32,000 nt of DNA from Nostoc sp. PCC 7120 = FACHB-418 (GTDB lineage: Bacteria; Cyanobacteriota; Cyanobacteriia; Cyanobacteriales; Nostocaceae). Where the stretch lies: positions 4,410,001 to 4,442,000 of the forward strand of contig NC_003272.1 of NCBI RefSeq assembly GCF_000009705.1, written 5' to 3'. Both the position numbers and the translations under genes were made by a program. Positions 30,005 to 32,000 of the stretch are shown here, in pieces. Within the stretch, counting starts at the first letter, position 1; the number at the start of each line of letters is the position of its first letter. Below the pieces are notes generated by a model. That model was given only the letters and a program-made list of their open reading frames with translations. It was not told the origin of the DNA and searched no databases.

Positions 30005-31420
30005 ATGAAAGTTACCCAGGAAAAACTTCCCGCCAGCCAAATTGGTCTGGAAATAGAGATTACACCAGAAATTACGCAAAAAACTTACGAACAGGTAATT
30101 AAAAATTTATCCAGAACCGTTAACATTCCTGGGTTTCGTAAAGGCAAAGTACCAAGACAAGTATTATTACAGCGTCTAGGTAAAACTCACATCAAAGCCG
30201 CAGCCCTGGAAGAATTGCTGCAAGATGGGATAGAGCAAGCAATCAAGCAAGAATCCATTGCCGCAATTGGTCAACCACGCCTGCGCTCATCCTTCGATGA
30301 TTTAATTAATAGTTACGAACCAGGACAGCCCTTGACTTTTACTGCGGCTGTGGATGTAGAACCAGAAATCAACCTAGTGCAGTACACAGGTTTAGAAGCC
30401 AAAGCCGAAGAAATCAAGTACGATCCAGCGCGGGTTGATGAAGTTTTAGAAAAAGAACGTCAAGAATTGGCGACATTAATTCCCGTAGAAGGAAGATCCG
30501 CCCAAATTGGTGACGTGGCTGTAGTGGACTTTAAAGGTGTAATCGCCAAAGCTGAAGGTGATGACGAAAATGCCGAACCCGAACCCATTCCTGGCGGTGA
30601 CGCTAGCGATTTTCAGGTAGAATTACAGGAAGATAGATTTATTCCTGGTTTTGTGACTGGCATCGTGGGCATGAATCCAGGGGACACCAAAGAAGTGTCA
30701 GCTCAATTCCCAGACCCTTACGTTAACCAAGAATTGGCAGGGAAACCGGCAATTTTTACGGTGACTCTCAAAGAAATTAAAGAAAAAGAACTACCGGAAT
30801 TAAATGACGACTTTGCCCAAGAAGTCAGCGATTTCGATACTCTAGAAGCGTTGCGCGCTTCTTTGGCAGAGCGTTATCAAAAAGAAGCGGAAGACAAAAC
30901 CAAGAATAATCAGCAAGAGGCTTTGTTAGGCGAACTAGTTAAGCACATAGAAGTAGATTTGCCAGAAACCCTGATTGAGAAAGAAGTAGACGCGATGCTG
31001 ACACAAACAGCTATGCGCCTATCCCAACAGGGACTGGATGTGAAAAAATTATTCACCCAGGATATTATCCCGCAGTTACGGGAGCGATCGCGCCCTGAGG
31101 CTGTAGAACGCCTTAAACGGTCTTTGGGTTTGCAAGAAGTCGCTAAACGCGAGTCAATTACCGTCACCCCAGAAGAAATTCAAGCCAGAGTGACAGAATT
31201 GGTGCAACAATACCCAGACGAAGACATTGATGCAGAAAGATTGCAAACCATCGTAGAAAACGAGCTATTATCCGAAAAAATCATTGATTGGCTATTAGCA
31301 AATTCTACCGTTGAACTGGTACCAGAAGGCTCATTAGCTAGCCAAGAGCCAGAGATAACTGCACCTGAGACTGAGGCAGAAACCATAGAGGTTGCAGCAG
31401 AATCGACTACAGGGGAATAA
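30005..31420 (+). CDS. tig: trigger factor
   Basis: 471 aa. N-terminal ribosome-binding GFRKGKVP motif, a central FKBP-type PPIase region (GDVAVVDFKG), and an acidic C-terminal extension. Confidence 0.95.
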   Translation: MKVTQEKLPASQIGLEIEITPEITQKTYEQVIKNLSRTVNIPGFRKGKVPRQVLLQRLGKTHIKAAALEELLQDGIEQAIKQESIAAIGQPRLRSSFDDLINSYEPGQPLTFTAAVDVEPEINLVQYTGLEAKAEEIKYDPARVDEVLEKERQELATLIPVEGRSAQIGDVAVVDFKGVIAKAEGDDENAEPEPIPGGDASDFQVELQEDRFIPGFVTGIVGMNPGDTKEVSAQFPDPYVNQELAGKPAIFTVTLKEIKEKELPELNDDFAQEVSDFDTLEALRASLAERYQKEAEDKTKNNQQEALLGELVKHIEVDLPETLIEKEVDAMLTQTAMRLSQQGLDVKKLFTQDIIPQLRERSRPEAVERLKRSLGLQEVAKRESITVTPEEIQARVTELVQQYPDEDIDAERLQTIVENELLSEKIIDWLLANSTVELVPEGSLASQEPEITAPETEAETIEVAAESTTGE

Positions 31421-31492
31421 AAAGGCAATTTTGTAGCGACTGTCTTGAAAGTCAAGCGATCGTTAACAAAAACCGGGACTCTGAACATTGAC

Positions 31493-31619
31493 GCAACTGG
31501 GGAACGCTGCGCTAGATTCTGCGGTGGCTGGTACGGGCAAAAAGACTTGTGGCTCTTGGCTAAGATGGTAGCAGCCCGCACCAGCCACTCCGCTTCGCCG
31601 CAGAATCTTCCCCAGTTGC
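31493..31619 (-). ncRNA. candidate structured RNA / long interrupted palindrome 3' of the IS110-family transposase gene
   Basis: Three stems: 31493-31504 with 31608-31619 (12 bp), 31515-31524 with 31598-31607 (10 bp), and 31525-31538 with 31574-31587 (14 bp). The one non-Watson-Crick position is A.C on the plus strand and U.G on the minus strand. Two 10-nt bulges (31505-31514 and 31588-31597) sit on opposite arms, and the apical loop is 35 nt. Confidence 0.35.
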
Positions 31620-31722
31620 TGGATTTCCCGTGAAGATAAAAAAGAGCATCAAAAATTGACCCAAATGCGGCAATAGGATCATCAGGGAGAGTATTTCCAA
31701 GTATAAAAACGGTCAATTGTGA

Positions 31723-32000
31723 TTAAGCGTTGGGAATGGGTTGTAAGTTGTCAGTAACACGCCAAGGTAAATTATCCCGAACCATTGCATTTAAAATGAC
31801 TAACATTTTATGAACGCAAGCAGTGAGAGCTAATTTTTTCGATTTACCACGTTCGACAAGACGCTCATAAAAGGCCTTGATAACCGGATTATGACGCATA
31901 GCAACAACAGCACCCATATAAAGAGTGGCACGAACATGAGCGCGACCGCCATTAATCATGCGCTTACCTTTGTGTTGACCACTATCATGATTGATAGGTG
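31723..32000 (-). CDS. IS110-family transposase (DEDD recombinase), C-terminal Transposase_20 part only; the N-terminus lies beyond the window
   Basis: The frame is open to the window edge (..PINHDSGQHKGKRMINGGRAHVRATLYMGAVVAMRHNPVIKAFYERLVERGKSKKLALTACVHKMLVILNAMVRD). The GGRxxVRxxLYM...NPxxKAFYxRLxxxGK...AL.AC..K.L.ILNAM pattern is typical of this family. Confidence 0.8.
   Translation of the reverse strand, partial: PINHDSGQHKGKRMINGGRAHVRATLYMGAVVAMRHNPVIKAFYERLVERGKSKKLALTACVHKMLVILNAMVRDNLPWRVTDNLQPIPNA
31723..32000 (-). mobile_element. IS110-family insertion sequence, partial; the inner boundary is undetermined and lies somewhere in 31421-31722
   Basis: It sits downstream of tig, where a housekeeping neighbour would be expected. 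See the transposase CDS above. Confidence 0.6.

Noticed and set aside
31180-31716. 178-aa minus-strand ORF spanning the tig 3' end and the hairpin region
   Set aside because: Its C-terminal two-thirds is antisense to the well-supported trigger factor gene. The remainder reads through the long palindrome, and palindromes generate open frames on both strands. I recognise no motif.

Overview
This window looks like a chromosomal segment of a filamentous Nostoc/Anabaena-type cyanobacterium. I infer that from three things: roughly one HIP1 octamer (GCGATCGC) per kb, heptameric STRR-type tandem repeats at gene ends, and the gene content. Most of it is conserved housekeeping. On the plus strand: a RumA/RlmD-type rRNA methyltransferase (5' end cut by the window), an RsbW-like kinase, asnS, groES-groEL with a perfect CIRCE operator, the urease genes ureD-ureA-ureB-ureC, a REC-histidine kinase hybrid, an aldehyde dehydrogenase and trigger factor. 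On the minus strand: a NarL-type response regulator, a sulfite-oxidase-like molybdoenzyme, rpmF, RNase J, dapA and asd. No rRNA, tRNA or CRISPR array was recognised.

Five places deserve a second look:
1. A ~1.9 kb AT-rich, HIP1-free islet sits between groEL and ureD. It carries an HNH nuclease fused to an unrecognised ~240-aa domain, convergent with a gene split by a single in-frame TGA.
2. A GxxExxY / PD-(D/E)xK gene lies antisense between ureB and ureC. It is bracketed by 26-bp inverted repeats, and the left repeat contains the ureB stop codon.
3. An IS110-family transposase 3' end at the window edge is followed by a ~127-nt interrupted hairpin that pairs better in the transposase-strand transcript. 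This is either a bridge/seekRNA-like element or a target palindrome.
4. A membrane-anchored orthocaspase homologue has both catalytic-dyad residues substituted.
5. An orphan RTX-repeat protein follows ~950 bp of non-coding DNA.

All family assignments come from motif recognition by eye. No database search was possible.
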